Positions 38,259 through 49,312 of a DNA stretch of 64,000 nt are shown here, piece by piece; within the stretch, counting starts at the first letter, position 1; the number at the start of each line of letters is the position of its first letter. Both the position numbers and the translations under genes were made by a program. The notes below the pieces were generated by a model, which was not told the DNA's origin, searched no databases, and saw only the letters and a program-made list of their open reading frames with translations. Source of the DNA: an uncultured Gammaproteobacteria bacterium (GTDB taxonomy: Bacteria; Pseudomonadota; Gammaproteobacteria; SG8-11); contig CAZZJI010000011.1 of assembly GCA_964654485.1 (NCBI GenBank), positions 1,256 through 65,255 of the forward strand. The letters run 5' to 3'.

Positions 38259-38990
38259 TCAACCTCGCTCTATTAACGTACCTTCGTCTTCACCCATAAT
38301 AATGCGCATCAATGAACCTGGCGTATTACCATTAAATACCCGCAGTGGCATATTATAATCGCGGCACAATGCTATTGCGGTGGCATCCATCACCATCAGC
38401 TTACGTTCCAGAGCTTCATCATAAGTAATTCGTGTATAGCGCTTGGCGCTTGGATCTTTCATCGGATCTGCGGAATACACACCATCTACTTTAGTTGCTT
38501 TTAGAACGATTTCGGCACTAATCTCAATTCCGCGCAAACTCGCCGCTGAATCTGTTGTAAAAAAGGGGTTTCCGGTACCTGCGGCAAAAATGACTATGCG
38601 CCCTTTATCCAGGTGTCGGATTGCCTTACGACGTATATAACCTTCGCACACCTGATTAATCGTTAACGCTGACATAACCCGAGCTGAAAGTTTCTGCTTT
38701 TCCAGGGCATCCTGAAATGACAGCGCATTCATTACAGTTGCTAACATGCCCATGTAATCCGCTGTTGCTCTATCCATACCATTTTCAGCCAGGCCGGCAC
38801 CACGAAAAATATTTCCACCGCCAACAACAAGCCCGATCTGTACACCCGCCTGAACAACGTCATTAATTTCGCTTGCCAAGCGATTAATAACGGCTGGATC
38901 AATGCCAAAATTGTGATCACCCATTAGTGCTTCGCCACTTAATTTAAGCAGTACGCGCTTAAAAACCGGGCTGGATGATTTTTTTTGCAT
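38259..38990 (-). CDS. pyrH: UMP kinase
   Basis: Motifs [12 protein letters not shown] and [10 protein letters not shown] are present. Confidence 0.95.
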   Translation of the reverse strand: MQKKSSSPVFKRVLLKLSGEALMGDHNFGIDPAVINRLASEINDVVQAGVQIGLVVGGGNIFRGAGLAENGMDRATADYMGMLATVMNALSFQDALEKQKLSARVMSALTINQVCEGYIRRKAIRHLDKGRIVIFAAGTGNPFFTTDSAASLRGIEISAEIVLKATKVDGVYSADPMKDPSAKRYTRITYDEALERKLMVMDATAIALCRDYNMPLRVFNGNTPGSLMRIIMGEDEGTLIERG

Positions 38991-39067
38991 TAAATGAGTT
39001 CCCTTTGCTCGTTTATTACTTATACTACTTATAAAGAAACAACAACAAATAGCTTATTGATAAATAG

Positions 39068-39955
39068 TTAGCTGCTTTGCACCTGCGCCATTACTTCATC
39101 AGCAAAATTATCTTCTTTCTTTTCGATACCTTCGCCTACCTCAAAACGCGTAAAGCGGCTAACGGTAGCACCGGCATCTTTCAATAACTTTTCAATACTT
39201 GTGTCAGGGTCCTTAACAAATGGCTGACCGAGCAACGTAATTTCTTTTAAGTATTTTTTAATTCGACCGCCCACCATTTTTTCAATAATTTCTGGTGGCT
39301 TGCCACTCTCAGCGGCTTGCGCAGAAAATATTTCTTTTTCCTTATCAATTATTTCTTGCGACACATCGCTCGGTGACACACACTGGGGATTCGTTGCCGC
39401 AACATGCATCGCAATATCTCGGGCCAAACCAGCATCACCGCCTTGCAATTCCACTAATACGCCTATTCGTACACCATGCAAATAACTCGCGGATATATTA
39501 TTACCCACGTCCATCAAATCAAATCGGCGCAGCGTAATGTTTTCACCTATTTTGGCGACTAATGCTGCACGTGCTTCTTCGATTGTTGTGGAATCATCAT
39601 CTGCAACGGACAGCCCAGCTAACTCTTCGAGATTTCCAGGCTTATTGTCGAGTATGCGCCTCGCCGCTGCGGTTGAAAAATTTACAAAGCTGTCATCGCT
39701 AGCTACAAAATCAGTTTCACTGTTCACTTCCAGCATAACAAGTTGTTTTCCATCACCGCTTTGTTCAATCACTATACGCCCTTCAGCTGCGGTACGTCCC
39801 GCTTTTTTGTCGGCTTTGGCTGCACCGGATTTTCTTAACGCTTCAACCGCAGCATCTATATCTCCACCAGTTTCCACCAACGCCTTTTTACATTCCATCA
39901 TTCCAGAACCCGTGCGTTCACGAAGTTCCTTTACTAACGCAGCAGTAATTGCCAT
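39068..39955 (-). CDS. tsf: Elongation factor Ts
   Basis: The N-terminus reads [24 protein letters not shown]. Synteny rpsB-tsf. Confidence 0.95.
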   Translation of the reverse strand: MAITAALVKELRERTGSGMMECKKALVETGGDIDAAVEALRKSGAAKADKKAGRTAAEGRIVIEQSGDGKQLVMLEVNSETDFVASDDSFVNFSTAAARRILDNKPGNLEELAGLSVADDDSTTIEEARAALVAKIGENITLRRFDLMDVGNNISASYLHGVRIGVLVELQGGDAGLARDIAMHVAATNPQCVSPSDVSQEIIDKEKEIFSAQAAESGKPPEIIEKMVGGRIKKYLKEITLLGQPFVKDPDTSIEKLLKDAGATVSRFTRFEVGEGIEKKEDNFADEVMAQVQSS

Positions 39956-40040
39956 GTTTTTATCCTCTCAATATTACCTTACTTTAACCTGAACTAATGT
40001 TTACCTAAGCTAAGGTCTACTTACTAATCGGTGATTGACC

Positions 40041-41180
40041 TTATTTCTTAGTTGTCGCTTTTTTAACAGCAGTCTTTTTTACAGCGGCCTTCTTGGCAAC
40101 CACTTTATTAGCGACTACTTTTGCTTTTTTTTCAACGACTTTTTTGGTAACCGTCTTTGTAACCGTTTTAGACTTCGGCTTTGCTTCAGCAGAAAGCGCC
40201 TTATTATCGGAAGTTACTTCATTTACTGAGGAAACTGCTGTTTGATTGCTCTCATCGTGCTGTTCAACTTCTTGTGCCGCCGCATCACCGTCAGCGGCTA
40301 GATTTTCAACAGCATCGGTCTCTGTATCGCTATCTTTCAAATCACCTTCATCTAACAACAGGGATTTAACATCTACTTTTGATCGTTTAACTGCTGTCTT
40401 TTTCGCCGCCGAATCATCAATCGCTACCACAGCGGTTTTTCCATTTTCGTCCAGTTCGACAAAGTCGTCTGCACTACCAGCAGCGCTCACCAATGATTCA
40501 CGACCTTCCAGTATTGCATCCGCTATATTCTTTGAATAGAGGCGAACTGCCCGGATAGCATCGTCATTACCCGGAATAACGTAATCGATCCCCATCGGAC
40601 TATTGTTAGTATCAACAACCCCAATGACAGGAATGCCTAATTTTTTAGCCTCGCTTACCGCAATTTTTTCATGGCCGACATCAATAACAAAAATCGCTGA
40701 GGGTATGTTTGGCATATTTTTAATACCGCCCAAAGTACGTTCAAGTTTTTCGATTTCACGGGTTCGTTGCAACGCTTCTTTTTTGCCTATACCAGCAAAA
40801 TTGCCGTCTTCATCACGCATTTGTTCAAGGTCTTTTAATCTTTTGATCGATTGCTTGACAGTCTTGAAATTAGTCAGCATACCACCCAACCAGCGGTGGT
40901 TTACAAAGGGCATACCGCAACGTGTCGCTTCTTCGCGAACCGCATCACTCGCGGCGCGCTTGGTTCCCACGAAAAGAATGGTACCGCCACGCTTGCTGGC
41001 AACTTTACCAACAAAATTAAACGCGTCTTTAAATAGAGGGAGCGTATATTCGAGATTTATAATATGAATTTTTTGACGGTCACCAAAGATATATTGCCCC
41101 ATCTTTGGGTTCCAAAACCGGGTCTGATGTCCAAAATGAACGCCCGCTTCTAACATTTCACGCATAGATACAGTGGTCAT
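40041..41180 (-). CDS. rpsB: 30S ribosomal protein S2 with a C-terminal extension of about 135 aa
   Basis: The S2 core spans residues 1 to about 244 ([19 protein letters not shown]…). An acidic segment and then a K/A/V-rich tail follow. SD AAGGAG. Confidence 0.95.
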   Translation of the reverse strand: MTTVSMREMLEAGVHFGHQTRFWNPKMGQYIFGDRQKIHIINLEYTLPLFKDAFNFVGKVASKRGGTILFVGTKRAASDAVREEATRCGMPFVNHRWLGGMLTNFKTVKQSIKRLKDLEQMRDEDGNFAGIGKKEALQRTREIEKLERTLGGIKNMPNIPSAIFVIDVGHEKIAVSEAKKLGIPVIGVVDTNNSPMGIDYVIPGNDDAIRAVRLYSKNIADAILEGRESLVSAAGSADDFVELDENGKTAVVAIDDSAAKKTAVKRSKVDVKSLLLDEGDLKDSDTETDAVENLAADGDAAAQEVEQHDESNQTAVSSVNEVTSDNKALSAEAKPKSKTVTKTVTKKVVEKKAKVVANKVVAKKAAVKKTAVKKATTKK

Positions 41181-41363
41181 AAAACTACTCCTTATCAGGG
41201 TTAGGCCTCCATATATCCCATGTACTAACCTTTGCCGATTATTTGCACAACACAGTTGTACAAATTCAGTAAGGCACCCTAGCCCATGTGTCGATATATG
41301 TGCGTAATTAAGGAACTATTTACTCTCTTTCACTCTTCTCGACCCAGCTCTCTCTCACCTTAC

Positions 41364-41445
41364 CAAGCAAGAAAGCGCATAAAATAGAGATAAGAACCGC
41401 TTGTGCCAATAAAAAAAGAACAACAAGCGAGAAAGCGCAATAAAA
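41364..41445. repeat. Direct repeat pair CAAGC(A/G)AGAAAGCGCA(A)TAAAA spaced about 60 nt apart in the rpsB-map divergent intergenic region
   Basis: The copies at 41364-41384 and 41424-41445 were read directly. Confidence 0.7.
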
Positions 41446-41609
41446 AGCCCCGTGAATAATTGAGTTAATAACTCAGGTTTTTGTTTGCGTAATTCGCGGG
41501 CGCTTTATACCATAAACAAAGGTAAGCCACAATATAGCCCAACAATATTAAGGATTTAGTAGCGATTTTGTCCTACAATCCCAAACAACAAAGAGGACTG
41601 CTCTGAAAT

Positions 41610-42377
41610 ATGGCCGTGACGATTAAAACACCCGATGAGATAGATAAAATGCGTACTGCAGGCAAACTGGCCGCAGATGTGCTGATTATGATTGCACCCT
41701 ATATCAAACCCGGCATTTCAACCAATGAACTTGATAGAATCTGCCACGATTATATGGTCAGCGAACAAAAAACGATTCCCGCACCGCTTAATTATAATGG
41801 ATTTCCGAAATCAATCTGTACATCAGTAAACCATCAGGTTTGTCATGGAATTCCCAGCGATCGTATTTTGAAAAATGGTGATATTATCAACATCGATATC
41901 ACGGTCATCAAGGATGAATATCACGGCGACACCAGTCAGATGTTCTTCGTCGGCGAACCTTCTATCCTTGCCAAACGTGTTACAGAGGTATGTCAGGAAG
42001 GCCTCTACATCGGTATCAACGAAGTCAAACCCGGCGCCAGGCTCGGCGATATTGGGCATGCTATACAAAAATTTGCCGAATCAAACCATTATTCGATCGT
42101 CAGAGAATATTGTGGCCATGGTATCGGAAAGGTATTTCATGAAGAACCTCAAGTATTACACTACGGCGAAAAAAACACAGGATTGATTCTTGAACCCGGC
42201 ATGACCTTTACCATCGAACCGATGGTCAACACCGGCAAGCGTCATGTTAAGTTGTTGCCAGATAAATGGACGGTTATTACAAAAGATCGCGGTTTATCCG
42301 CCCAATGGGAACACACTATTCTAACAACCGAGACCGGCTACGAAGTACTGACCAAACGCCCCGGTGAAACCATTTAA
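41610..42377 (+). CDS. map: Methionine aminopeptidase, type I
   Basis: 255 aa with metal-ligand contexts (…DIINIDITV…, …CGHGIG…, …EPMV…, …WEHT…). Confidence 0.95.
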   Translation: MAVTIKTPDEIDKMRTAGKLAADVLIMIAPYIKPGISTNELDRICHDYMVSEQKTIPAPLNYNGFPKSICTSVNHQVCHGIPSDRILKNGDIINIDITVIKDEYHGDTSQMFFVGEPSILAKRVTEVCQEGLYIGINEVKPGARLGDIGHAIQKFAESNHYSIVREYCGHGIGKVFHEEPQVLHYGEKNTGLILEPGMTFTIEPMVNTGKRHVKLLPDKWTVITKDRGLSAQWEHTILTTETGYEVLTKRPGETI

Positions 42378-45091
42378 TGCAACTCCCTGCAGCACTTTTT
42401 GACGCAAACGCGCTTGATCGTTCTCTGAGCGAGAACAAGCAGCCGCCCCTTCCGCTATTTCAACGCAGCTTAAAAAAGGCCAAATCCATCTTAAAAGAAA
42501 GATTTGAACAGGGTGAGGACGTGAAACAACTGATCTACCTACATACTGAGGTCATCGATCAATTATTATCACGCGCGTATTCCCTATTCATAAAACACAA
42601 TGATATCGCGCTGATCGCAGTGGGTGGATATGGACGCGGAGAACTCCACCCAGGCTCTGATACGGATATTTTAATACTGCTGCCAACCCGCGACCTTGAG
42701 TCCAAGGATAAGGAGGCAACACACGAAGAAGTGGAATTACTGCTTACTTTTCTTTGGGATCTGGGTATGGAAGTGGGCCACAGCGTGCGCACCGTTGACG
42801 AGTGTCAGGAACAGGCAAGACAGGATATCACTGTTATCACAAATTTGCTGGAATCAAGATTAGTCTGCGGCCCACAAGCACTATTTACAAAAATGCAAAA
42901 AATCATCGCACCGGAACACATATGGCCGAGCAGTGATTTTTTCGAAGCCAAACTTAAAGAACAAGCCACTCGCCATCATAAATTTTTCGATACCGCCTAT
43001 AAATTGGAGCCAAATGTAAAAGAAGGGCCAGGCGGGTTACGCGATATTCATATGATCGGCTGGGTCGCGAAACGGCACTTTGATTCTTCCACATTACATG
43101 AGCTTGTCGATAAAAATTTTCTTACGGCATCCGAATATGATTTATTGATGGCCGGGCAGAATTTCATCTGGAAAGTACGTTTCGGTTTACACTTAATAAC
43201 AGGACGACACGAAGATCGTCTGCTTTTTGATCACCAACGTAAATTGGCGGAACAGTTTGGTTATAAGGATGATGAACACCGTCTTGCGGTAGAACGTTTT
43301 ATGAAACAATACTATCGCACCGTCATGGACATAAGCCGTCTGAATGAAATGCTATTGCAACTGTTTCAAGAAGCCATTCTGCCTATACCAAACAATGAGA
43401 AACCCCAATATATTAACAAACGTTTCCAGGCACGAAACGGCTATGTGGAAGTAACCAACCCGGATGTATTCAAGAAAGCGCCCTCGGCATTACTGGAAAT
43501 ATTCTTGATACTCGCCAAGCATCCTGAATACAAAGGCGTGCGGGCAAGCACCATTAGATTGATACGAGACCATCGCTATTTGATAGATGATAGGTTTCGC
43601 AACGACATGCGTTGCCGTAGTTTATTCATGAAATTTTTCAGACAACCCAGAGGCGTCACTCATGAACTGCGGCATATGAATCATTATGGCGTATTGGCAG
43701 AGTATCTTCCGGTTTTCAAAAATATTGTCGGACAAATGCAGCATGATCTTTTTCACCATTATACCGTCGATGAACACACCATTTTCGTGATTAGAAACCT
43801 GCGACGCTTTACTGTACCGGAATTTTTTAGCGAATTTCCGCTTTGCAGTAAAATCATTCAACGCATTCCAAAGCTGGAAATACTTTACCTTGCGGGTCTT
43901 TTTCATGATATTGCTAAAGGGCGTAGCGGCAATCATTCCGAACTTGGTGCACAAGACGCTATCGCATTTTGTCGACATCACGGCCTCAGGCAATACGACG
44001 CAAAATTGGTGGCATGGTTAGTCTCGAACCATTTGATCATGTCGATAACGGCACAACGTAAAGATATCAGCGACCCCGAGGTAATAACCGCATTCGCCCA
44101 ACAAGTCGACAATCAATTACAACTTGATCACCTGTTGCTGCTGACGGTAGCCGACATCAGGGCGACAAACCCGACATTATGGAATTCATGGAAAGATTCT
44201 CTGCTGACTCAACTTTACATGTCAACAACACGATTGTTACGTCAGGGTCTCAAAAATCTGGAAGATCAACACAGTCAAGCCAACGAAACAAAAGCAAGTG
44301 CACGACAATTGCTGGAAACAAGGAGCGGGCTGACCTTTCACAGCATTGAACAACTATGGGAAAATTTTACTGATGATTATTTTCTGCGACACTCTGCTGA
44401 TCGTGTTGCCTGGCACACCGAAGCCATATTGAAAGAAAAAGCCAAAAACAATGACGCCACAATTCCCTTGAAAGAAGCACCTTTGAAAGAAGACCCTTTG
44501 ATACTGGTCTATCCCGAAGAGGAAATTCGAGAAGGCTGTCTGGAAATTTTTGTATATACAAAAGACCATGACAATCTGTTTTCAATTATTACCCACTCTC
44601 TGGACCAACTTGGACTCAACATCGTCGATGCCAGAATTATCACTGCAACAAACGGTTATACACTTGACACATATATTGTTCTTGAAGAACCCAATAATTG
44701 CATTGATAGACAAACCAGAGTTAATGAAATTTACAACAACCTAAAGAATAATATTTTGCACCCAGAGTCAGCGCCAAAAACAACTCAGCGCCATTTGTCT
44801 CGACAATTGAAGTATTTCCCCATCTCTGCAGTGGTTACTTTCCGGCCTGACCCCAATTATGCGCGCACCGTCATGGAAGTGATTGCGGCCGATCGTCCCG
44901 GCTTGTTGGCTCAAATAAGTATGGCGCTGACCGCATGTGGGATACGGTTACAAAATGCCAAAATTGCAACATTCGGTGAGCGAGCCGAGGATATATTTTT
45001 TATTACTGATAAAAATAATCGGCCTGTGGTTGATAACAGCATGCAAAATTGCCTACGAGTGCACATTACTGACTCACTAAATAGCCTATGA
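42377..45091 (+). CDS. glnD: [Protein-PII] uridylyltransferase/uridylyl-removing enzyme
   Basis: 904 aa with a nucleotidyltransferase N-terminus (GGYGRGELHPGSDTDIL), an HD domain (LFHDIAKG) and two C-terminal ACT domains. The start overlaps the map stop (TAATG). Confidence 0.95.
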   Translation: MQLPAALFDANALDRSLSENKQPPLPLFQRSLKKAKSILKERFEQGEDVKQLIYLHTEVIDQLLSRAYSLFIKHNDIALIAVGGYGRGELHPGSDTDILILLPTRDLESKDKEATHEEVELLLTFLWDLGMEVGHSVRTVDECQEQARQDITVITNLLESRLVCGPQALFTKMQKIIAPEHIWPSSDFFEAKLKEQATRHHKFFDTAYKLEPNVKEGPGGLRDIHMIGWVAKRHFDSSTLHELVDKNFLTASEYDLLMAGQNFIWKVRFGLHLITGRHEDRLLFDHQRKLAEQFGYKDDEHRLAVERFMKQYYRTVMDISRLNEMLLQLFQEAILPIPNNEKPQYINKRFQARNGYVEVTNPDVFKKAPSALLEIFLILAKHPEYKGVRASTIRLIRDHRYLIDDRFRNDMRCRSLFMKFFRQPRGVTHELRHMNHYGVLAEYLPVFKNIVGQMQHDLFHHYTVDEHTIFVIRNLRRFTVPEFFSEFPLCSKIIQRIPKLEILYLAGLFHDIAKGRSGNHSELGAQDAIAFCRHHGLRQYDAKLVAWLVSNHLIMSITAQRKDISDPEVITAFAQQVDNQLQLDHLLLLTVADIRATNPTLWNSWKDSLLTQLYMSTTRLLRQGLKNLEDQHSQANETKASARQLLETRSGLTFHSIEQLWENFTDDYFLRHSADRVAWHTEAILKEKAKNNDATIPLKEAPLKEDPLILVYPEEEIREGCLEIFVYTKDHDNLFSIITHSLDQLGLNIVDARIITATNGYTLDTYIVLEEPNNCIDRQTRVNEIYNNLKNNILHPESAPKTTQRHLSRQLKYFPISAVVTFRPDPNYARTVMEVIAADRPGLLAQISMALTACGIRLQNAKIATFGERAEDIFFITDKNNRPVVDNSMQNCLRVHITDSLNSL

Positions 45092-45259
45092 TAACAAAAG
45101 CTTAACTATCGATAGAACATCGATAGCACTATTTTCCCTAATACTTCCCAAATAATTGGCGATATAGTTGAAAACACTTATTTTAAACACACAAAATGAT
45201 ATAACTATACTTGTTTTTCTATACTATAGTTATAAAAAAAGGATATAAGTTAACAGCTA

Positions 45260-46180
45260 ATGAAATTACGACAACTGGAATATATCGTCGAAGTTGCAAG
45301 ACGCGGCTTGAATGTCTCCAACGTGGCTGAATTGCTGCATACGGCCCAACCGGGAATAAGTACCCAAATTCGCCTACTGGAAGAAGAACTCAATATCCAG
45401 ATATTTGAGCGCAATGGAAAACGCCTGGTGGGAATTACCCAGCCCGGTCAAACCATTGTGGCCATGGCGGAAAAAATTCTGCGTGAAATCGAAGATATCA
45501 AACAAGTTGGATCTGAGTTTTCACAAGAAGATGCCGGCACTTTTTCTATCGCGACCACACACACACAAGCCCGTTATGCGTTACCTAACGCGATTAAGGC
45601 ATTCAAGAAAGATTACCCCAACGTACGTTTGCGCATTCACCTGGGTAATCCAACCCAAGTTTCTGAAATGGCGATGTCGGGTGTTGCCGACATCGCCATA
45701 ACCAGTGAAACTGCACAAGTGCATAAAGCGCTCATTACTATGCCGTGCTATAGCTGGGATTTTTGCGTCATCACACCCTCGGGACACCCGTTATTAAACG
45801 AAGAACTAACATTACAAAAGTTATCTGAATATCCGCTGGTCACCTATGATTACGCATTTACCGGCCGTTCAATTATAAACAAAGCATTCACTGACCAAGG
45901 TCTGATGACAAATATGGCGCTCACTGCTATGGATTCGGATGTTATAAAAAGTTATGTAGAACTGGGTTTAGGTGTCGGCATACTTGCCAAAATGGCATAT
46001 AACGAGGAACGAGATGCGAATCTGATATCCCTCGATGCCAGTCATCTGTTTGCATCAAATACCACCCATCTTGGTATTACAAAAGGTAAATATCTTCGAC
46101 AATACATGTATGCGTTTATTGGTTTATTCTCTCCGCACCTTACAAAAGAGGCCATTGATGGTGAATTAAATAACGAATAA
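45260..46180 (+). CDS. cysB: LysR-family transcriptional regulator, CysB-like
   Basis: The N-terminal wHTH MKLRQLEYIVEVARRGLNVSNVAELLHTAQPGISTQIRLLEEELNIQIFERNGKR closely parallels E. coli CysB. Confidence 0.85.
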   Translation: MKLRQLEYIVEVARRGLNVSNVAELLHTAQPGISTQIRLLEEELNIQIFERNGKRLVGITQPGQTIVAMAEKILREIEDIKQVGSEFSQEDAGTFSIATTHTQARYALPNAIKAFKKDYPNVRLRIHLGNPTQVSEMAMSGVADIAITSETAQVHKALITMPCYSWDFCVITPSGHPLLNEELTLQKLSEYPLVTYDYAFTGRSIINKAFTDQGLMTNMALTAMDSDVIKSYVELGLGVGILAKMAYNEERDANLISLDASHLFASNTTHLGITKGKYLRQYMYAFIGLFSPHLTKEAIDGELNNE

Positions 46181-46244
46181 TAATCACTTTATTTATTATC
46201 TCCTATTCGAGACTTTGTTTTTTGCTCCATACTTTACTCAAGAA

Positions 46245-47138
46245 TTAGTTATTTGATCGCAGATGAATCCTCGCGGAGAAATAAGCGGCGATAACGATCA
46301 ACCCACCTCCAAGCCATTCTTTTACCAGTACAATTTCGTCCGTCAACAATTGTGATGATATGGCACCCGCGACTATTTCAAAAATAAGTATCACCGATGA
46401 ACGATAAACAGGCATATGTGTCACACCATACTGCACCGCCCATGTCATACACATGATCCCGAATAATCCCAGCGCAATAGAACCCGTAAGGGTTGTCATT
46501 GTTAATTGCGGCGCGGGTAATTGCGCAAAAAAAACCCAGATGAGGGCAACAACGACTACGCCTATCCAACTGACCAGCGTTTTAATACGTATCGAAATTG
46601 ATTGCGCCTTGCGGGTAAACACATTCGCCAACGCAAAGCTAAAACCAGAAGATATAGCCAACCAGTCAGCCCCTGATTGCGGCCATGGATAGCCTAACGT
46701 ACTATCCCATAACATAATGACCGCACCCGCCATCGCCACCAGCAGCACACCTAAAGAGGCATTAGACGCCCTTTCCTTTAACAAAAACCAGCCTAACAAC
46801 GTCGCCCAGAGTGGCGATAAATAAAAGAGCAACAATACACGCACAACATTGCCATCGATAACCGCAACAATAAAAGCAACATTGCACCAACCCGAAGTCA
46901 CCGCCAACGCCAGCAATAAACCCGGTCGACTAGCCAGTTCATTGAAGCGGCCGATTGTGGGAATAGCGCCTACCAACAAGGCAACCAGATAAATCAATAA
47001 TGTTGTCCATAAACCCTGCAAACCCGCCTCTTCCAATAAACGTAACGGGTACCACAGCAAACCCCACATAGTTGCACTGAAAAGCAAGGCCAGGACAGGC
47101 AGCAGTGCTTGCATGGATTTGACCGATTTGGATGACAT
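46245..47138 (-). CDS. EamA/DMT-family transporter
   Basis: About ten predicted TM helices, 297 aa, with the duplicated EamA-type architecture. Confidence 0.8.
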   Translation of the reverse strand: MSSKSVKSMQALLPVLALLFSATMWGLLWYPLRLLEEAGLQGLWTTLLIYLVALLVGAIPTIGRFNELASRPGLLLALAVTSGWCNVAFIVAVIDGNVVRVLLLFYLSPLWATLLGWFLLKERASNASLGVLLVAMAGAVIMLWDSTLGYPWPQSGADWLAISSGFSFALANVFTRKAQSISIRIKTLVSWIGVVVVALIWVFFAQLPAPQLTMTTLTGSIALGLFGIMCMTWAVQYGVTHMPVYRSSVILIFEIVAGAISSQLLTDEIVLVKEWLGGGLIVIAAYFSARIHLRSNN

Positions 47139-47208
47139 GGCGTATTACCCTATAATAGGCAGCTGGATTAAAAGGCAGCTTGATTAAACCCGACGATAAA
47201 TTAGATAT

Positions 47209-48411
47209 ATGAACCCAAATATTGAAAAACTCAAACCCTACCCGTTTGAGCGATTAAAGGAACTCAAAGCTGGTATTACGCCCGAGACTGAAAAGCACCC
47301 TATTGCATTGTCGATAGGTGAGCCTAAACACACACCGCCACAATTTATTTATGATGAGCTGACTGCACAGCAAGCAAAAATCGGAGCCTACCCACCCACA
47401 AACGGCCTGCCAGAGTTACGTAACTCGATCGCAAACTGGTTAATCAATCGTTTTCAGTTAAACGAATCATCGATTGACCCGGAACGCAATATACTGCCCG
47501 TAAGTGGTACACGTGAAGCATTATTTTCCATTGCACAAGCCGTCGTAGACAGAAAAACGGACCCCATTGTCATCATGCCTAATCCATTTTATCAAATTTA
47601 CGAGGGTGCTGCTCTGCTAGCGGGTGCACAACCCTGGTATCAAAACACAACAGAGGAAACCGCCTATTTACCTGACTTTGACGCAGTGCCTGAATCTGTC
47701 TGGTCACGTTGCCAGTTAATTTATATATGTTCACCGGGTAATCCGACCGGTGCCGTTATTGATGCACTCGCATTGACAAAGCTGCTTTCGCTTGCCGAAA
47801 AATATAATTTTATTATTGCATCTGATGAATGTTATTCAGAGATATATTCTGATGAACAGAACCCGCCTGTCGGACTACTGCAAGTCGCACAGCAAATAGG
47901 CGTAAAAGACTACAAACGCTGCGTCGTGTTTCATAGTTTGTCTAAGCGTTCAAATGTGCCGGGTATGCGATCGGGCTTTGTAGCGGGCGATGCATGCTTT
48001 CTTGACAAGTTTCTGCTCTACCGCACCTATCACGGATGCGGCACACCGTCATTTATTCAATTAGCGAGTAAACTGGCATGGCAAGACGAATTCCACGTTA
48101 TTGAAAACCGGGCGCTATATCGCAAGAAATTTAGCGCTGTTCTTGATATTCTGCAACCCGTATTAGATGTCAAACAACCTGAAGCGGGCTTCTATCTTTG
48201 GCCAAAAACACCCATAAATGATACTGTGTTCGCCCGTGATCTTTTTGCCCAGCAAAATGTCACCGTGTTACCCGGCAGCTACCTCTCAAGGGAAGCACAT
48301 GGTCTAAACCCAGGAAAAGGATACCTGCGTATTGCACTTGTCGCCTCATTAGAAGAGTGCATTGACGCCGCAGAGCGTATTCGGTCGTTTGTCAGCACAC
48401 TGAGCCATTAA
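47209..48411 (+). CDS. dapC: Succinyldiaminopimelate transaminase
   Basis: A class I aminotransferase with the PLP-lysine context HSLSKRSNVPGMRSGF. It lies immediately upstream of dapD and dapE. Confidence 0.85.
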   Translation: MNPNIEKLKPYPFERLKELKAGITPETEKHPIALSIGEPKHTPPQFIYDELTAQQAKIGAYPPTNGLPELRNSIANWLINRFQLNESSIDPERNILPVSGTREALFSIAQAVVDRKTDPIVIMPNPFYQIYEGAALLAGAQPWYQNTTEETAYLPDFDAVPESVWSRCQLIYICSPGNPTGAVIDALALTKLLSLAEKYNFIIASDECYSEIYSDEQNPPVGLLQVAQQIGVKDYKRCVVFHSLSKRSNVPGMRSGFVAGDACFLDKFLLYRTYHGCGTPSFIQLASKLAWQDEFHVIENRALYRKKFSAVLDILQPVLDVKQPEAGFYLWPKTPINDTVFARDLFAQQNVTVLPGSYLSREAHGLNPGKGYLRIALVASLEECIDAAERIRSFVSTLSH

Positions 48412-48466
48412 GTGACAATAAATACGGCAACTCATTTCTACTTACAACGCATTGGAGAATTAAAGC

Positions 48467-49291
48467 ATGTCAGAGTTACAAACTGTTATAGAAAACGCAT
48501 TTGAACATCGCGCAGATATCACACCGCGCAGTGTCGAAACGCGCGTTAAAGAAGCCGTCGTCGAAGCGATCGAATTACTCGATTCTGGAAAAATGCGCGT
48601 CGCGGAAAAAATAGAGGGTAAATGGGAAGTCAATCAATGGTTAAAAAAAGCGGTGTTGCTCTCATTTCGTATAGAAGATAATAATTTTATGAAAGGTGGC
48701 TTTACAAACTATTTTGATAAAGTTCAACCTAAATACGCAGACTATAACTACCGCGAATTTAAAAAAGAAGGTGTTCGAATAGTACCGCCCGCCACCGTAC
48801 GCAAGGGCGTCTATCTTGCACCCAGCGTCGTACTAATGCCTTCTTACGTTAACATCGGCGCTTATGTTGACAGTGGCACCATGGTAGATACCTGGGCCAC
48901 CGTTGGTTCATGTGCGCAAATCGGTAAAAATGTGCACCTCTCCGGTGGTGTCGGCATCGGCGGCGTATTGGAACCTTTACAAGCTAATCCAACGATTATT
49001 GAAGATAACTGTTTTATTGGTGCGCGTTCAGAAGTTGTTGAAGGTGTCATCGTCGAACAAGGGTCTGTTATTTCTATGGGTGTCTACATAGGACAAAGTA
49101 CCCGCATTTACGATCGTGAGAAAGATGAAATTACCTATGGACGCATTCCCGCCGGCTCTGTTGTTGTTTCCGGTAATTTACCCTCCAAAAATGGTAAATA
49201 CAGTCTTTATTGCGCCGTCATCGTTAAACAAGTGGATGAAAAGACACGTAGCAAAGTCGGTATCAATGAATTACTCAGAAACATTGATTAA
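48467..49291 (+). CDS. dapD: 2,3,4,5-tetrahydropyridine-2,6-dicarboxylate N-succinyltransferase
   Basis: 274 aa with a hexapeptide-repeat core and a typical DapD N-terminal domain. Confidence 0.95.
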   Translation: MSELQTVIENAFEHRADITPRSVETRVKEAVVEAIELLDSGKMRVAEKIEGKWEVNQWLKKAVLLSFRIEDNNFMKGGFTNYFDKVQPKYADYNYREFKKEGVRIVPPATVRKGVYLAPSVVLMPSYVNIGAYVDSGTMVDTWATVGSCAQIGKNVHLSGGVGIGGVLEPLQANPTIIEDNCFIGARSEVVEGVIVEQGSVISMGVYIGQSTRIYDREKDEITYGRIPAGSVVVSGNLPSKNGKYSLYCAVIVKQVDEKTRSKVGINELLRNID

Positions 49292-49312
49292 GCACGCGAG
49301 CTCGTATAACAA

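Noticed and set aside
39537-41067. Long antisense ORFs opposite tsf and rpsB (39537-39992 +, 40246-40539 +, 40603-41067 +). Similar shadow ORFs lie opposite pepN, dnaE, the nuclease, bamA, dxr, rnr and others.
   Set aside because: They lie entirely within well-supported conserved genes on the other strand. Their composition is low-complexity (S/A/P-rich) with no SD. These are typical shadow ORFs.
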